Below, piece after piece: positions 27,095 through 41,914 of a stretch of 64,000 nt of DNA. Numbering within the stretch: position 1 is the first letter of the stretch; every line of letters starts with the position of its first letter. Under the pieces are notes generated by a model, which saw nothing but the letters and a program-made list of their open reading frames with translations, was not told the DNA's origin and did no database searches. A program made the position numbers and the translations under genes. The stretch is from Octopus vulgaris (Eukaryota), in contig OX597814.1 in assembly GCA_951406725.2 (NCBI GenBank), positions 146,010,001-146,074,000 of the forward strand, given 5' to 3'.

Positions 27095-27173
27095 ATCCTT
27101 TAATTGTTCCAGTCATTTGACTGCGGCCATGATGCAGCGCCTCGTAAAAGGATTTTGTTGGAACTAATTAACC

Positions 27174-27244
<71 letters not shown>

Positions 27245-27405
27245 GCGGTCTTCTTTTAGTTTTCGTCTATCATATCGACTCACAAAGCTGTCGTCAACCT
27301 GAGGCTGTAGCAGAATACACTTGCTATAGAAGCCACGCAGTTTGACTGAACCCAGAACCATGCGGTTAAGAAGTAAACTTCTAGCTACGCAACCACTGTT
27401 GTACC
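27095..27405 (-). mobile_element. SINE family A, deleted copy with (TG)n
   Basis: Tail cagtcatttgactgcggccatgatg and head gactgaacccagaaccatgcggtt. Confidence 0.75.
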
Positions 27406-28076
27406 TATATGATAGTTCAGCGAATGTTGTCCGTTGTTTGAAATCTTACCTTGATATTTTTTCTTCCTGATGGTGAATTATGTATTAAAATTATGTATTA
27501 AAATTATGTATTATAATTATGGTGAATTATGTATTATAATGTTATCCTTTATGCATTAAATATACAGAATTCTAATTTTAAATACTAAAAAAATAAAAAT
27601 AAATTTGGAAGAGCAATTATATGTATGGAATACATCACCAAAATACTTGAATGGAAAATGTCATTTCCAGAAATATGTAGATTAAACTAAATTTTGCGTA
27701 TATATGTGTGTACAAAGAGGCATACGAATAAGCTATAATCTTCAAACAAACCACTTGAGGATGTCAATCTACAAATATGATATTTATCCACCGAATACAG
27801 TATCGACAATTCATATATTCGATCCCACTGTTTGATACTAACGTTTACACATACATATGTGTGTGTGTGTGCGTGCACAAACACACACACACACATATAT
27901 ACACACGCAACCACACACATACGCGCGCACACATTTCCTATGTGGGTTAACAAGGGCAGCAATGGTTTCATGTCGGCAGCATCTCGAAACAATTATTAAG
28001 CCTTGTTGACCCAGTATCAAAGAATGATTATCCGCCAATGCAGTGTTGATCACTCATTCTCCAGTTCGATATTAGC

Positions 28077-28122
<46 letters not shown>

Positions 28123-28538
28123 GTATATATATATATATATACATACATACACACATACACACATATATATATATATATACAAACATATGTATATATTATA
28201 CTATAAGTTATAGTTATACACACACACATACACACCCACGAACACATACATACATATACAGAAGATATGGGGAGATTAGGTCAGGTAACCCAAACTAATA
28301 GTTCTCCAATAGGTAATTCAGAAACATTGCAGTAAAAACAGCGGCTGGATTTGTAGTTGTGTGAGAATATCTTGTTAAATAAAAAAGTGATAGTTGGTAG
28401 CTTACTTTTGAGTCAGTAGGTATCGGTTAAAGTAGGCAAACAGATAATACAAAACTGGAGATTGTGGAGGTAGTAGATATCTTTACCAGTTTCGTATTAC
28501 ATTACTATTTTTAGAGTGTATGTGTGTGTGTGTGTGCG

Positions 28539-28553
<15 letters not shown>

Positions 28554-28569
<16 letters not shown>

Positions 28570-28865
28570 AATTGCAGCGTGGAAGGTGTTTATAAGCCAT
28601 TTAAGAAACACACAAAAGCCGTTCGATTCACTTCAACATTTAAGTTTAATTTGTCAAAATATTTTCGTCGCTAAACTCCGCGACCTGTTCACTGACAAAG
28701 TCCGTGCTGCAGCACGGACTTTGTCAGTGAACAGGTCGCGGAGTTTAGCGACGAAAATATTTTGACAAATTAAACTTAAATGTTGAAGTGAATCGAACGG
28801 CTTTTGTGTGTTTCTTAAATGGCTTATAAACACCTTCCACGCTGCAATTGTTTATATATATATAT
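28554..28865. repeat. Perfect spacer-less palindrome (unique core 28566-28853, centre 28709/28710)
   Basis: Centre reads ...aaagtccgtgctg|cagcacggacttt...; the arms are exact reverse complements and are flanked by (TA)n. Confidence 0.97.
28720..28769 (+). ncRNA. Hammerhead-like motif with G3-C8 core (mirror copy on minus at 28650-28699)
   Basis: Reads UUUGUCA-GUGAACA-G-GUCGC ggaguuua GCGAC-GAAA-AUAU-UU-UGACAAA, giving a 7-bp stem I, a 5-bp stem II and a palindromic stem III. Confidence 0.75.
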
Positions 28866-30199
28866 GCATATATGCTTGGCATCTCAGAGCGATTGAGTAC
28901 TTCGTTGCTGTTGCGTCGGTTTTACAATATGATGTAAATTGCAGAATTCAGCCGAATTATTGGTTACATGAAACGTTTTAAAATTTTTTTTCTGTATTCC
29001 TAAATTTCCCTAATTTGAGTTAAAAAGTCAATTCCAATTGAGTTAAAAAGTCAATTCCAGATTCCAAAATATCTTTTGGATTTATATATACATTAATTCA
29101 AAAGTCTATAGTCATAAAGGGGACTGAAAATAAATCTGAATTACAGGCCGTGATTTTCCCCATAGTATCCAGGATATAAGTTCTGGTAATCTTTTCTTTC
29201 TCTCGTATAATGCCAAGAGTTATTGTATATTAGGTAAATGAACAGGAAGATGATTGGATTGAACCTTGAATATGATAGCGATTTCCTTTCAGTAGGCCGA
29301 GATATGTGTCATTCTGAATATCAGAATCGACAAAATATAATTAATTTAACAGACCACATGTTTTGGTCTGTTAAATATCCTCTTTAATATCAATCCCTAC
29401 ACCTTTGCAAAAGTCAATATAATTAATACAATAATTTGTTTATTATTTTGAATTTTCTTCTGTGCTTTTCTTGGAAAGAGTTATTAAAAATCAAGGTATT
29501 AGGGCAAATTGAGCATGTTTTTTGTTGTTATTTTTACTCTTTGAAGTTTAATTCTAAGAACTTGTTTATGTTTTGTTAATTGAGTTATCAAATGAATTCA
29601 GAACCTAATGAATCAAGTCTTTTATTAATTTAAATAAATAAATTCATTAACAAAGGAAACATATTCTTTCATTTCCGAAATTACAAGGAAAGCCAAATAT
29701 CGGCTAATGTAATACTGGATGAACCACAAAGAAAAAAAATGTTCATTCTACAAATTTGATGACCGGATGCCTGGAAGCACAAGGCATAAATGAATGATAT
29801 GCATTGGTGACAATATACAACACAATTTTTATTTTTGTACTTCTAATTTTGATGCTAATTAAATCAGAACTAAAAGTATTTTATGTGGACAATTTTCTGC
29901 GGGATGTTTAATTTCATTTTAAATCAGAGTGAAGATGAATGGAAATACGTCTCTGTTCCTAAATATTTACAGCAAAATATCGACATCGTATAGTGCTAGC
30001 GTTCTTCAATCCACACAAAGTTTCCGTTTTCGAATCCCTAATAATTTCCCTCGTTCAATAATCAGTTTGTTTTTGCTATTGGCTCATGAAATTCGTTTTA
30101 GGTTTTGAATTTTCTGTTATAGCTTGAAGATAAATGTTTTGCTGTATAACGTTATATATATGAATCGAATACATAAAAGAATCATCTCCACAAGCAATA

Positions 30200-30460
30200 A
30201 CATTTGCTCATACTTTCATCTAACATCTCATCCTTTCCTTCCACTTATTTCTGAGAGGGTTGTGGGGGAATAATGCTCAAGCACGCCTTCCATCGGGTTC
30301 TTCCGGAAGCAACGGTCACCAGTTGATCATGCTGCATCCACAAACGATGCCAGTCGAACTTATGGATATTATCCAACCATCTTACTTGTACTATACCCCG
30401 GGATCTCCTGCCAGTTGGTTTTGACCATAACATCTGTCCAACTATTCTTTCCTGAGTGAC
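30200..30460 (-). mobile_element. RTE-like LINE, 3' end fragment
   Basis: KPTGRRSRGIVQVRWLDNI resembles the GxRxRGRPxxRWxD motif. Confidence 0.6.
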
Positions 30461-31607
30461 TTGCCGTTTACTGTACTAAAACCGTAAGTAATATTGCATC
30501 GGTTGTGGGACACTTAACTTGTTTCTTTTACATTCGATTTAGTAACAAAAATCCTTTGAAGAAACACAAAAAACGTAGTTCCTAAAAACTCAAAACGTTC
30601 TTCTATTTACGTGTAGTTGTTACGCCACTGACGCTAGGAAACCGGAAGTAAATATTTAAAAATTTCAAAGACGTAAATATAATGTAAAAAGCAATATAAA
30701 AATCAAACGAAGAACCTAACATATACGAGGTTAAATTATTCACGCATCACAAGTATGGAAGCATACTCTATGTTATGTATTAGACATCCGCGCAGACGCA
30801 CACACACACATATACATGTATATAGAGACACGCACATACACACTCATATATATGTAGTTATGTGCGTAAAAGTACATTGGTAGATAAAAATGTGATATGT
30901 AATAATAAAACAACAGAATATTTAAGGAAAAAGAGCATGCTAAAATACAAATTGCAGTTAAATAAATACCAATACATATAGCATGCAAAATACCATTTCC
31001 ATTGATATTGTGTTAAGGTATGTTTTTGTCGAAGTTCACCTATTTGGCAAACGTTTAAATATACATCTATATTCCTATAACATTAACGTCTTTACACATA
31101 ATAATCGGCTAAAATGCTACTAATATCTAACAAAAAAGTCATGTGTAGTAAAAACCCTGAAATCAATAATGCTGAAAAATATGAGACAGAAAGCGCTTAT
31201 GTGTCTTTGGTCAGACTAATTGAATTTGATACAGCTAGAAAAACAAACACAATAGCTATTACTGTAGAAAAAAGGTCTTGTAAATGTACATCAATAATGA
31301 CGTTAATTCTTTTAGTTACTAATTTCAGAAGAAGGAATATATTCTCAACTGAATACTCATCAGTCAAGACTGTTTATATCGGCATAACCTTAAATTGTAT
31401 GAAGCTGTACTACCTTCAAGCTATCTTTTCTATTTCCTAATCTTGTTATATACTTAAGCATATATTTCTGCAGCCCTTATCGATTATGTATCTGCGTTGG
31501 GTGAGTGTTTGACTGACTTCTTGTTACTGTATGTATATGTGTGTATGTATGTATGTATGTATGTATGTATGTATGTATGTATGTATGTATGTATGTATGT
31601 ATGTATG

Positions 31608-31679
<72 letters not shown>

Positions 31680-31855
31680 TAAACATACATACATATATAG
31701 ATACACACACACATATATATGTATATACAAATATATTTATATAGCCGTCACCCTCACATGCAGACATGCAAATATACAATCTTTAATCTTTCCCCTTCTC
31801 TTTCCTCATGTATACACGCAAACATATATACATACATACATACATATATACATAC

Positions 31856-31890
<35 letters not shown>

Positions 31891-31904
31891 CATGCATACA
31901 TACA

Positions 31905-31936
<32 letters not shown>

Positions 31937-31942
31937 CGTATA

Positions 31943-31974
<32 letters not shown>

Positions 31975-31979
<5 letters not shown>

Positions 31980-32475
31980 CTATATATAAACGGTAATTTG
32001 TCTGTGTGTGTTTCTGTGTGTCTGTCAGGTTGTACCCTCACCCTGACCACGGCTTTCAACCGATTCTGATGAAACTTGACACACACATAGCCCAATGTCA
32101 TAATTCAAAACTAACGCAGCGAAAATTTTGAAAAGTTCCCCCAGTTCTGAAAAAAAATCGATAAATTCGACTGGGGTCGAGAATCTAAGCTTTTTATATG
32201 CAACACATTTTCTGTTTTAGTTTGCGCAACTTGCAATCGATTTTCACCAAACTCATGGTGAAGCTTAGTATTACCCTAAGAAACTTAATTCTGACGTTAG
32301 TTTTCCATGCAATACCTTACCATCAGAAAAAACACACGGAAGTATTCGAGTGAAGAGAAGACATTGCAACCTACACATGTGCCTTCGTTCCCTAGAGGGA
32401 AAGGACTAGATTGGGATTAGTCGTTGCCTACTAGGGGCTCTTACATACCCAGGCAACGCCGGGCTATGCTGCTAG
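31975..32475 (+). mobile_element. Non-autonomous Helitron, copy 3 (complete, 501 bp)
   Basis: Reads A|TCTCTCTATATATAAAC...CCCAGGCAACGCCGGGCTATGCTGCTAG|T. The first ~210 bp are near-identical to the 5' end of copy 2. Confidence 0.92.
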
Positions 32476-33165
32476 TATATATATATGCACACAGCAAACA
32501 CACACGTACACACGCCTGCGCGCACACACATACACACATAAGTACCTATATACATATGCACATGTGTATGTAAATTGAGAGGACATCTAAATTGAATTCT
32601 TTTCTTGCGGGTCGTATTTCACACACCTTTGGTCACAGGCCAAATATTCCTTTTAGTTATTTCGAGTCGATTTAAAAAGAATCTGTTAACTATACCTGTC
32701 ATATACGCTGGGCACTTTACGTATTTTTTTATCATTATCATCATTTGTTTTCGATTTTTACGCTGGTTGAAAAGTCGATGCATCTGTTTCTTATACAATT
32801 TCTAATTTATATTCTTGGCTTTATTTATTTTCACCACCAATTTTGACGTATGATTTGTTAAAGTCCAACTGCTTTTATTCGAAGATGTATTTCCAGTGAC
32901 CTACTACTACTTTTTTGCTGACGTAATGCGTGAAATATTTTGAATTTCTTTTCTTCGGGGCATGAATTGTTTCAGTATAAATTTATGCGTCTCTATTTAT
33001 CATATGGTTTATCTAAATTTGGCACAACTATGCGTTTCACAATCTATTTAGCTCTATCAAGTGTCTCTACACACGCACACACATATGCATGCGTGTGCGA
33101 GTATGTGAGTGTTTGAGTTTGTATGTATGTATGTATGTATGTATGTATGTATGCATGTATGTATG

Positions 33166-33236
<71 letters not shown>

Positions 33237-34431
33237 GGACGATGCTATCTGGAAAAAATGTCAACGTTAGGCCATGTTAGAGTTCTTCAAAGAGAAGCAA
33301 TAGAAACAAAACCAATATAGACAGAGTTACTGTGAGCAGGAATTATAAATATAGCTTCAGGAAAATACACCAGAAAATCTCCCTTCATAATAGTTAAAAT
33401 GCCATATTTAAGATACATAATTAATATATAGTGCATTGGTAATATTCAATTAACCAACTTATACAATCACTTAGAAGGCAAATAAACTACCTTTCTGGTG
33501 TTCAAACGATCGACCGATGAATATGCATCAACCCCAGTCCAGTTAAACAAGGATTATTGGTAATATATCCCTATATATATATATAGCTAACTATCCCAAA
33601 TATGTAGATATACTCACACAGAGGCACACATAGTCTCTTTCCCCACTTCTTTCTCTTTCTCACTCACATACACTCACAAACTGTCGTAACTCTGAAAGGT
33701 GAAAATGAGCCCACCAAAATATATACATGTGGTCACACTAAAATAGCTGTACATAAAAACATAGACACATATATTTGTACGTACAGAGTTGCCATATCTT
33801 CTATTATGTAATCATTTATATGAGTATTCACCAAACTGCTTGAACACAGAATCACGTATAAATATTAGTAAAACCAACGTTCCGTAGAAACACATGTTCA
33901 TTTGTATCCATATACTGCTGTCTACGAGAAAGTTTCCATTGGAAATGGAGAGATTATTCATTCTGCTTCAGTAAGTGGGTCCGATGTTTCAATAATGTTT
34001 AATAAATTTTCACAGACTTATCTATTTCTGGTTTAACGTTCTACGACTTAGTTTGTTGCTGTGCCATGAGGATAATGATAAAAGAGAAAAACGCAATTAT
34101 AGACTTCTGACAAAAATTAATATGTCTACGTATAGTGTGAATTTGTGCGTGAGAAGAAAGAATGACTGCAAGAGGTAGAGAGTGAGAGAGAGAGAGAGAG
34201 AGTGAGGAGAGAGAGAGAGAGAAAGCAAAAAGGATAGAGTTACGGAAGCACAGAAATATTTGTGCGTTTGTTTGTGTGTAGACAGATATAGACAATATGA
34301 TGGACACATCCACCTATCCAACATTCTCACTCATGTTCTGTGTATACACACATATATGTATGTATGCATACATACTAGTCTCTTAACACACAGCCACGCC
34401 TCACCAATGTTATATATATATATATATCATA

Positions 34432-34863
34432 GGCGTAGGAGTGGCTGTGTGGTAAGTAGCTTGCTTACAAACCACATGGTTCCGGGTTCAGTCCCATCGC
34501 GTGGCACCTTGGGCAAGTGTCTTCTACTATAGCTTCGGGTCGACTAAAGCCTTGTGAACACGAATAATAAATATAACTTCAGGAAACTGAAAGAAGCCCG
34601 TCGTATATCCCTCTCTATATGTATGTACATATCTATGTGTGTGTGTGTGTTTGTGTTTGTGTTTGTCCACCACCTTGCTTGGCAGCCAGTGTTTGAGGAA
34701 TTTACGTCCCCGTATCGGTTCGGCAAAAGACACCTTTAGAATACGCACCAGGCTGAAAAATATAATGTTTTGGGGGTCTATTTTTTCGACTAAAACCCTT
34801 TAAAGTAGTGCTCCAACGTGGCCGCAGCCACGTCACTGAAACAAGTAAAATATAAAAGAAAGA
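34432..34863 (+). mobile_element. SINE family A, near full-length
   Basis: Head ggcgtaggagtggctgtgtggtaagtagc...; tail gtgctccaacgtggccgcagcc...gaaacaagtaaaa. Confidence 0.9.
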
Positions 34864-34939
34864 ATGCATATATAGTTTACAGTTCCGTGATTATAAGGTC
34901 AAGACACACACGCACACACACACACACACACATGTGTAC

Positions 34940-35249
<310 letters not shown>

Positions 35250-37048
35250 CAAATATACATGCTGATATGTATAAAGAGTAAGAGAAAGTGAGATAGACAG
35301 ATAGAGAACGAAAGAAACGACAGATCGGAAGAAAGACCTGAGAGCATAAATTAAATCTAAACCTATATGAAACAAAACAAACGTAACCCTTCTCCATATT
35401 TGTTTTATTTGAAAATCCACATGCATGCGCACATAAGCACACACACACATACATATGCACACAGACACACACACATGTACACACACATCCTAGTCGCCGA
35501 TTTCTATTTCAACGATGTTACGAAAAATGAAGAACTTGTGTTTATAAATTTCCAACTCTCAAGTCTAATTAGTGTTCTGTTAAGTATATTTAGATTTCCA
35601 GTCATATAATTTACTAGACTGATCAATGTAATGTAAAAGAAAAAGAAATTCATGCTACAAAACACAGACAGTATAAACGTTTTTACTGTAAACGAATGCT
35701 CTAACATTGGACTTAAGATAAAATCAATCAAATTATACGATAATTTAAAATAACTATTAATTTTAATTGCTACATTAAAAAGAATAATATGTACTTCTGA
35801 AAATTATTACTTAAATAATAATTTGAGTAAATCATTTTATTTTACTAATATGCAAAATAGGTTATTGCTGTATTAATAATGACTGTTTTGTTGATCAAAT
35901 ATATTTATTTTGGTATTCAAATTAATTTTAATGAAAGTGGTGAAAGATGTTAAAAATTGAACTACTAACGTGGAAAGATATACATTTTGGTGTAGTACTT
36001 TGGAGCAGTAGATTCACTTCGTAATTCGCCTTTTTCTGATTGCGCATATTCTACATAAACTGAAGGAGAATATTCAATTAGCAGTCCACATCCTGCACAA
36101 TGGAAATAAATTCTTAGTCAACTTTTACTCGTGCATCTTCTCAATTATCAGACAAATATTTACTCGATGCTAACTGATAGATATAAATTTATCTTTCTTT
36201 ACCCATGTTGTTGTCACATACACATTAATAAAGATGGCAACAAACCTCGATCACAGATATAATAATAAATGATCTTCTTTCGTAATGATTCTTATCTTCT
36301 TGAATGGATAATGGCTGACGAAATTAATCCACGCGACTGCGTCTTTTAAGCTGAAGATAATTATCAATTCAACTGTTATTAAAGTTATATTTAATCCTGA
36401 ATTATTTGTTTTGGCTGTACTTTACAGTTCAATATTACTGGACTTTACAATTTCCATGCTGAATATCATGCTGGATGTTATATCGGGATAAAAACAGAGA
36501 AATTCATATCCTTTATTCTTAGATAGCATGACATTGATTCATAAATTTTCTACCAGGATTGGACCAACATCATTTTACACATATCAAAAGGACAAGGTGA
36601 AACGAGCATTTAACGGGCTACTGGAAACGAAAGCATAATTTATTTCTGAATGACCTTTAAGATGACATGACTTCACCGCCAAATTATCTATTATTGTGGA
36701 TTCATCTAAGGAAGAAAGACTACCAAGATTAACTCATCTCTAGTCATAACATGCTGCAGTATTTGATGAATTTGTTAACCCTTACTATTGCAGCCTTATT
36801 TAGTGGTATAAAGAGATTATTTTAAAAGTTTTATTTCACCATATCAAATTCTGTTGTGTTCATTTACAAAACATTTTTGTATTTGCAATATACCTTCAAC
36901 TTAACAAAAATGTTCGCATTTGTCATTACAAAAGAACATCTCAATCTCTTCCTTTTTACTTGCGCACTCAGATACACACAAAGAGATATATGCATACATA
37001 CAAATAACATGTACGCGAACATAAATAAACATACATATGTTTTATATA

Positions 37049-37210
37049 TATCTTATACATAAATGGTAATTTCTCTCTGTCTGAACTATCTGTTTGTCTG
37101 TTACCATCTTACTGTCTACACCAGAGAACAAATCTTGACGAAACTTTGCATACATGTTAAACTAACATCCAATTGAATCATAAGCTAATTGGATTTCAAT
37201 AAAAATTTAT
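37049..37210 (+). mobile_element. Possible Helitron 5' fragment
   Basis: atcttatacataaatggtaattt...tgtttgtctg...tcttgacgaaactttgcatacat resembles the 5' end of 31975. No 3' end was found. Confidence 0.45.
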
Positions 37211-38012
37211 TAAGGGCCTCCAAGGTGAGTGCTGTAGCACATGTTTGCAAATCAATAACACCTCTACTGATATAAAGTAAGGCCTCTGTAAGACTCAATA
37301 TGCACTTCATCATGTAAACAGCGTGCGACTTTTCTGAGAAAAACTCAGCTTTATTAAAGGAAAATAATTCTGCATGCAGCGCCCGTACTTCATGCTAAGG
37401 TCACATTAAACTCACGGCCAACTGCAGGATTGGTGGATAGGACATGGAACAATGTATTCACTAATGACCTAGAACTTAGTTCACTATGAGATTAATTTGG
37501 TGAATTAAATCCAAATCACCATAACGTCTTAAACATGTTTGTCACGCAACATGAGATACGGGCACGCTATGATAAGCTAAGACACGCGATAACACTGACT
37601 ATTTTTTTTAGGTATCCGGAAATCTATCTATTTGTCTAATTTATTTTACTCAGATGCATGTTCGTTTGTTAAAATAATATAGGGGCATTCATTATTCTCC
37701 CACTAATCGAATTAGTAGTTTGTAATATTTATTTTTAGCAATCAATTATTACCATGTACATGCCCTGTGTATTTTACGATAGTTGCAATGGCGTAGCGGA
37801 TTACATAATTCTCATGTCACCGGTGTTAAATCATCTTAGAGACATGGTCAGGCGAGATAGGCCTGTTCATGATTCTAAGGTATTTTAACAGCCACGTTAA
37901 AGATATGAAAGATATATACTCCGCTACACTATTGCAGCCAACAGAAAATACGCAAAGCATTTATATTCATATATGTATTTAATAATATTTATTACAATAG
38001 AGTTGCTTTTAC

Positions 38013-38109
<97 letters not shown>

Positions 38110-38110
38110 T

Positions 38111-38149
<39 letters not shown>

Positions 38150-38150
<1 letters not shown>

Positions 38151-38310
38151 GGGGTTACTCTAACTCCTTCCCCACCGTCCAACCGATTTTAATGATTTTT
38201 GGCACATAGGTAGATCACACGCCCCGAAGTTCAAATAAGGCCGGAATTTTTCGAAAACTCAATAATGCTCCGCGGGCATCAATTTTTGTGAGCACAATCG
38301 GGCGTTTGAG
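38150..38310 (+). mobile_element. Possible Helitron-like fragment
   Basis: caaccgattttaatgatttttggcacatagg resembles caaccgattctgatgaaacttgacacac of copies 2 and 3. Confidence 0.4.
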
Positions 38311-38339
38311 TGGAAATTCCCATAATGATGTTATTTTCC

Positions 38340-38548
38340 GGAAGCTGGACCGGGAGAGGCGTTGTGTTCTTGAGCAAAACACTTCATTTCCCGTCGCTCC
38401 AGTACACTCAGCTGGCAAAAATGAGTAACGCTGCGATGGAGTGGTGTCCCGTCCAGCTGGGGAACACATACGCCATTGAAACCGGGAAACTGGGACCATG
38501 AACCTGGCTAGGCCTTAAAAGGGCGCATTTATTTATTTTTTTTATTTA
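38340..38548 (+). mobile_element. SINE family C, 5'-truncated
   Basis: gttgtgttcttgagcaaaacacttca...cactcagctg and cgatggagtggtgtcccgtccag resemble conserved SINE central domains (CORE/V-type); ends in an (ATTT)n tail. Confidence 0.6.
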
Positions 38549-39244
38549 TTGGTTTAGCATTTCTTTTACCCATTGTTTGGTTATGTCGTCATCGTCTTTT
38601 ATTTCGCAATTCTGAAGCAGTTTCATTGCAGGCAGCCCTCACTAGTTCGGTAAATACCTACGATCCCAGGCAACTCCATTGATGTGTGTGTTGCATGTTC
38701 TCTTACACACAAGTTCCTTTCCAATGTATTTGCTATTTGTGCTTAAAACTGCCGTTGCACATAAACGTGATTCGCAATCGCTCGGTCGGAGTTTCTGCGT
38801 TTATGTAGCTTCTCAGGTGATTGGCTATTCCTCTATATTGCAAGGGAGTAAATAGTTTATCAATAATGCTCTCTAGTGAGAGAAATAAAAAAAAATTATG
38901 TATTTATTCATATGTCAAATTTGATTACTATTTTTATTTCTTTTAATCATAGAATCCTTAACTTCTGCATATAGCTATTTATATCCCTTTGAATCTATTC
39001 ACAATCAAACAGTTAATATTGCGTAGCATTAGATTGAATTCTTATTCAATTTTCAATAGGACTGAATACGGAGAGATGAGTATTTATATTTATGTGCGTA
39101 TACATAATACATGCATGCATACATACATGCATACATACATACGTACATACATGCATACATACATGCATACATACATACGTACATACATGCATACATACAT
39201 ACGTACATACGTATACAGACACATACACATACACACACATATAT

Positions 39245-39660
39245 TCTTTATCTCTCTCAGCCTTGAGGCTGCGGCCAAACTAGGGGAACAGCCAGAGTAA
39301 TTCCCTTTCAATTGGCTAATTCTATGTAATTGGTTTTTGTTGAAGGAGGGAGTTCGATACCGTTGCCTTGTTTTGAGTTTCCTCCCGTGATATTGGTTCA
39401 TCTGGAATCTTGAATAGCAAATGGTCTAATTGTTTCTTGAAAACATCTACCTCCGCTCCATGGAGAGCCCTAAAATACTTTGGCAAGATATTAAAGTGAT
39501 GCGGGCCTTTGAATCCCAAGCTATTGCAGTATAGGTTTCTAGTTTTAGATGAAACAGCTGGGGCTTTTGGAACAGTGCAGTGACGTCCACTTCGAGGTCT
39601 GGTATAACTCTCAATTCCAATGTTTGGCGCAAACCCCTCCAGTATATTTCGTTTCTGCAT
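39245..39660 (-). mobile_element. CR1/L2-group LINE, 3' fragment
   Basis: ORF 39322..39660 reads YCNSLGFKGPHHFNILPKYFRALHGAEVDVFKKQLDHLLFKIPDEP, fitting an FNxLP...FKxxLD C-terminal motif. Confidence 0.7.
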
Positions 39661-39839
39661 TTGTTTTGTACATATATATATATACTTGCGTGTATGTAAC
39701 TATGTATACATATATACATATGTGTGTGTATATATATATACATACTTTCGTACGTACATATTTACACACACATACATATATAATAAAGAGATAGAAATAC
39801 ATGCATGCACACGTATCACACACACACATGCGCATATTA

Positions 39840-40390
39840 GGAAATTAGCAAAAATAGAAGAATATGCGGGAGAACAAGATTTAACGAAAATTGTATTAGT
39901 TTAATGCTTACAATATAGAATTTTGACATTTCGAAAGCTACTCCTATATCACAGAAAATAAAAGAATGAGAAAAATTGACGGGGAAAGAAAAACAAATGA
40001 GAACTTGTTCGGGACCATATGAGAATGCCATTCTATGGAGGTGATTACGAAAGGAGAAGGAGGCTCTGTAATGCGTGCATGTTATTTGTGTATAGCGATG
40101 GGCATACAGGGAGAGTATGCGTGTTGTCAGAGATTTCCAGAGATCTTTGATGATTGTAGGTGCGTGGAATTGTGCAAGCACGAATCTGGGTGTATAGTAG
40201 TGTGTGATAGAGCAGGCGTGGAAGGTTGGTGCTTCGGTGTAACCGAAATTGATTTTGGGATGAAGGCATGGGGAGGTTGCAAATTGCTAGGTGAGAAGAA
40301 CATTGATGAAAATGTACAAATAGAGCAAAAATATATAAAACAGTATAATAATGATACCAGTGAAATGTCTTGAGATTATGTAACAGGACA
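39840..40390 (-). mobile_element. Probable, heavily decayed Penelope-like element
   Basis: FHAPTIIKDLWKSL...YRASFSFRNHLHR weakly resembles the PLE linker. An eroded HHR (UUUU-CUG.UGA...GAAA-UG-UC-AAAA) lies at 39921-39958. Confidence 0.4.
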
Positions 40391-41024
40391 CGTGACTGGA
40401 GAAAATAATAAATATATATATATATATATATATATATGAATTGAGCATAAACAGAAAGGCAGAAGGAGAAACAGAAGGGGAAAGAATTTGCCGTGAAGAG
40501 TTGAAGAAAAATTATTTGTTTATATTTAGTAAAACGTGCATAAATGACAGAAAATAAATAATGAAAATATATATAAAGTCCGTAATGGTGGCAATACAAT
40601 CACAAATTGTATATAACACGTGCTAGATGTAGACAGCATAAATAAAGATATTAGTGATTGAAAAGGAATGATATATATATATATATATATGAAACTGCAT
40701 AATATTTCATCAGCCAAATTATTTTAAACAGTACGCATTAACTGATCTATGAAAATCATTTGTAATGCGTATTAATACTGAATATATGAGGGTATTTTTA
40801 ACATTAAATAACACATCATTTGGAATAGCGACGTCTTCAGTAGGATGTATTATTAAAACGTTAAAAGAATTATTAGCCTAGCAGCTGCAAACACCTGAGT
40901 CTTGTAATTCTACTGAATGTATTAGCAACTTCATATTCAACTGAAAGCATAGTAGATATAATCATAATCTGATTCAGGATAAATCGTTGTCTCATATATG
41001 AAAAACAAAGAAAAATATCATACA

Positions 41025-41075
<51 letters not shown>

Positions 41076-41914
41076 TTCTGCAAGATCTCTAGCAAGAATT
41101 AGGAAATATCGAATTAAAAACACGTGATGTATTTTTAACAGAAATATGTATTATATAATTTTATGCAATGATTAACACCTGCTACAGATTCATTATATTA
41201 ATATTTATAATTACAATAATTAGAATATTTTCCTGAATGCAGAAGAACTTTCGCATCATCGTTGTGCTAATATTTGGTGACCGAACGATTATGTACAAAC
41301 GCACTTAGATTAGATCAGGATGTTTTTTCATTCAGCCCTTTGGAAATTTATTAATTATATAGCAGGAATATGGATTTGATGTTTAGTTGGAATAAAGCCA
41401 AATTATGCTGAAGATAATAATAGTTTAGATAAGAGTTGTGAAATATCTGAACTTGGTCAGGAAAGAATCGCAAAGTGATAGTATGCCAAAGGAATCTAAC
41501 TGTAATGTTGAAAGAAAAATCGATCATATATATTTTATAGGCTCCGTAAAAAATACTTTTACGTAGACGATCACGTGAATTCACTGAAACACTAGAAAAC
41601 GTGGTTCTCTATATGCATGTCTTGCTCTTCAAAGAATTTCGGAGTCTTGCTTCCTGTTATGTACCCAATTCCCATAAAATGGATAAGAATGCTTAAGTAA
41701 ACGTTAACCTTATCAGCTATGTAAAGAATATCACCCGACCTAAAATACGATCAGATGTTGTTATACATTGCTGGTCAACATTCACTTTGTATCATTTAAG
41801 CCTTCGAATGATGCCATTCTGTTGGCTATGTGAGTAGGCCAATATTTAAGCATGGAATTTATAACGCACTCTTACGTTTTATAACGTAATTTATAATTTA
41901 AAAAAACATTTAGT

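Noticed and set aside
28481-28518. Eroded HHR-like motif on minus (CUAAAAA...GAAA-CUGG-UA)
   Set aside because: The core has two or more changes and stem I is weak; too decayed to list as a feature.
25267-29058. Short tandem duplications (20 bp at 25267-25306, ~23 bp at 29013-29058, minisatellite at 27476-27540) as CRISPR-like arrays
   Set aside because: Adjacent duplications without unique spacers in eukaryotic DNA; ordinary slippage.
29344-29376. 13-bp stem hairpin
   Set aside because: Isolated and AT-rich, with no supporting context.
32066-32076. CTGATGA-AAC in the Helitron 5' region (also ~17823-17833)
   Set aside because: No stem II or stem I can form, so it is not a hammerhead.
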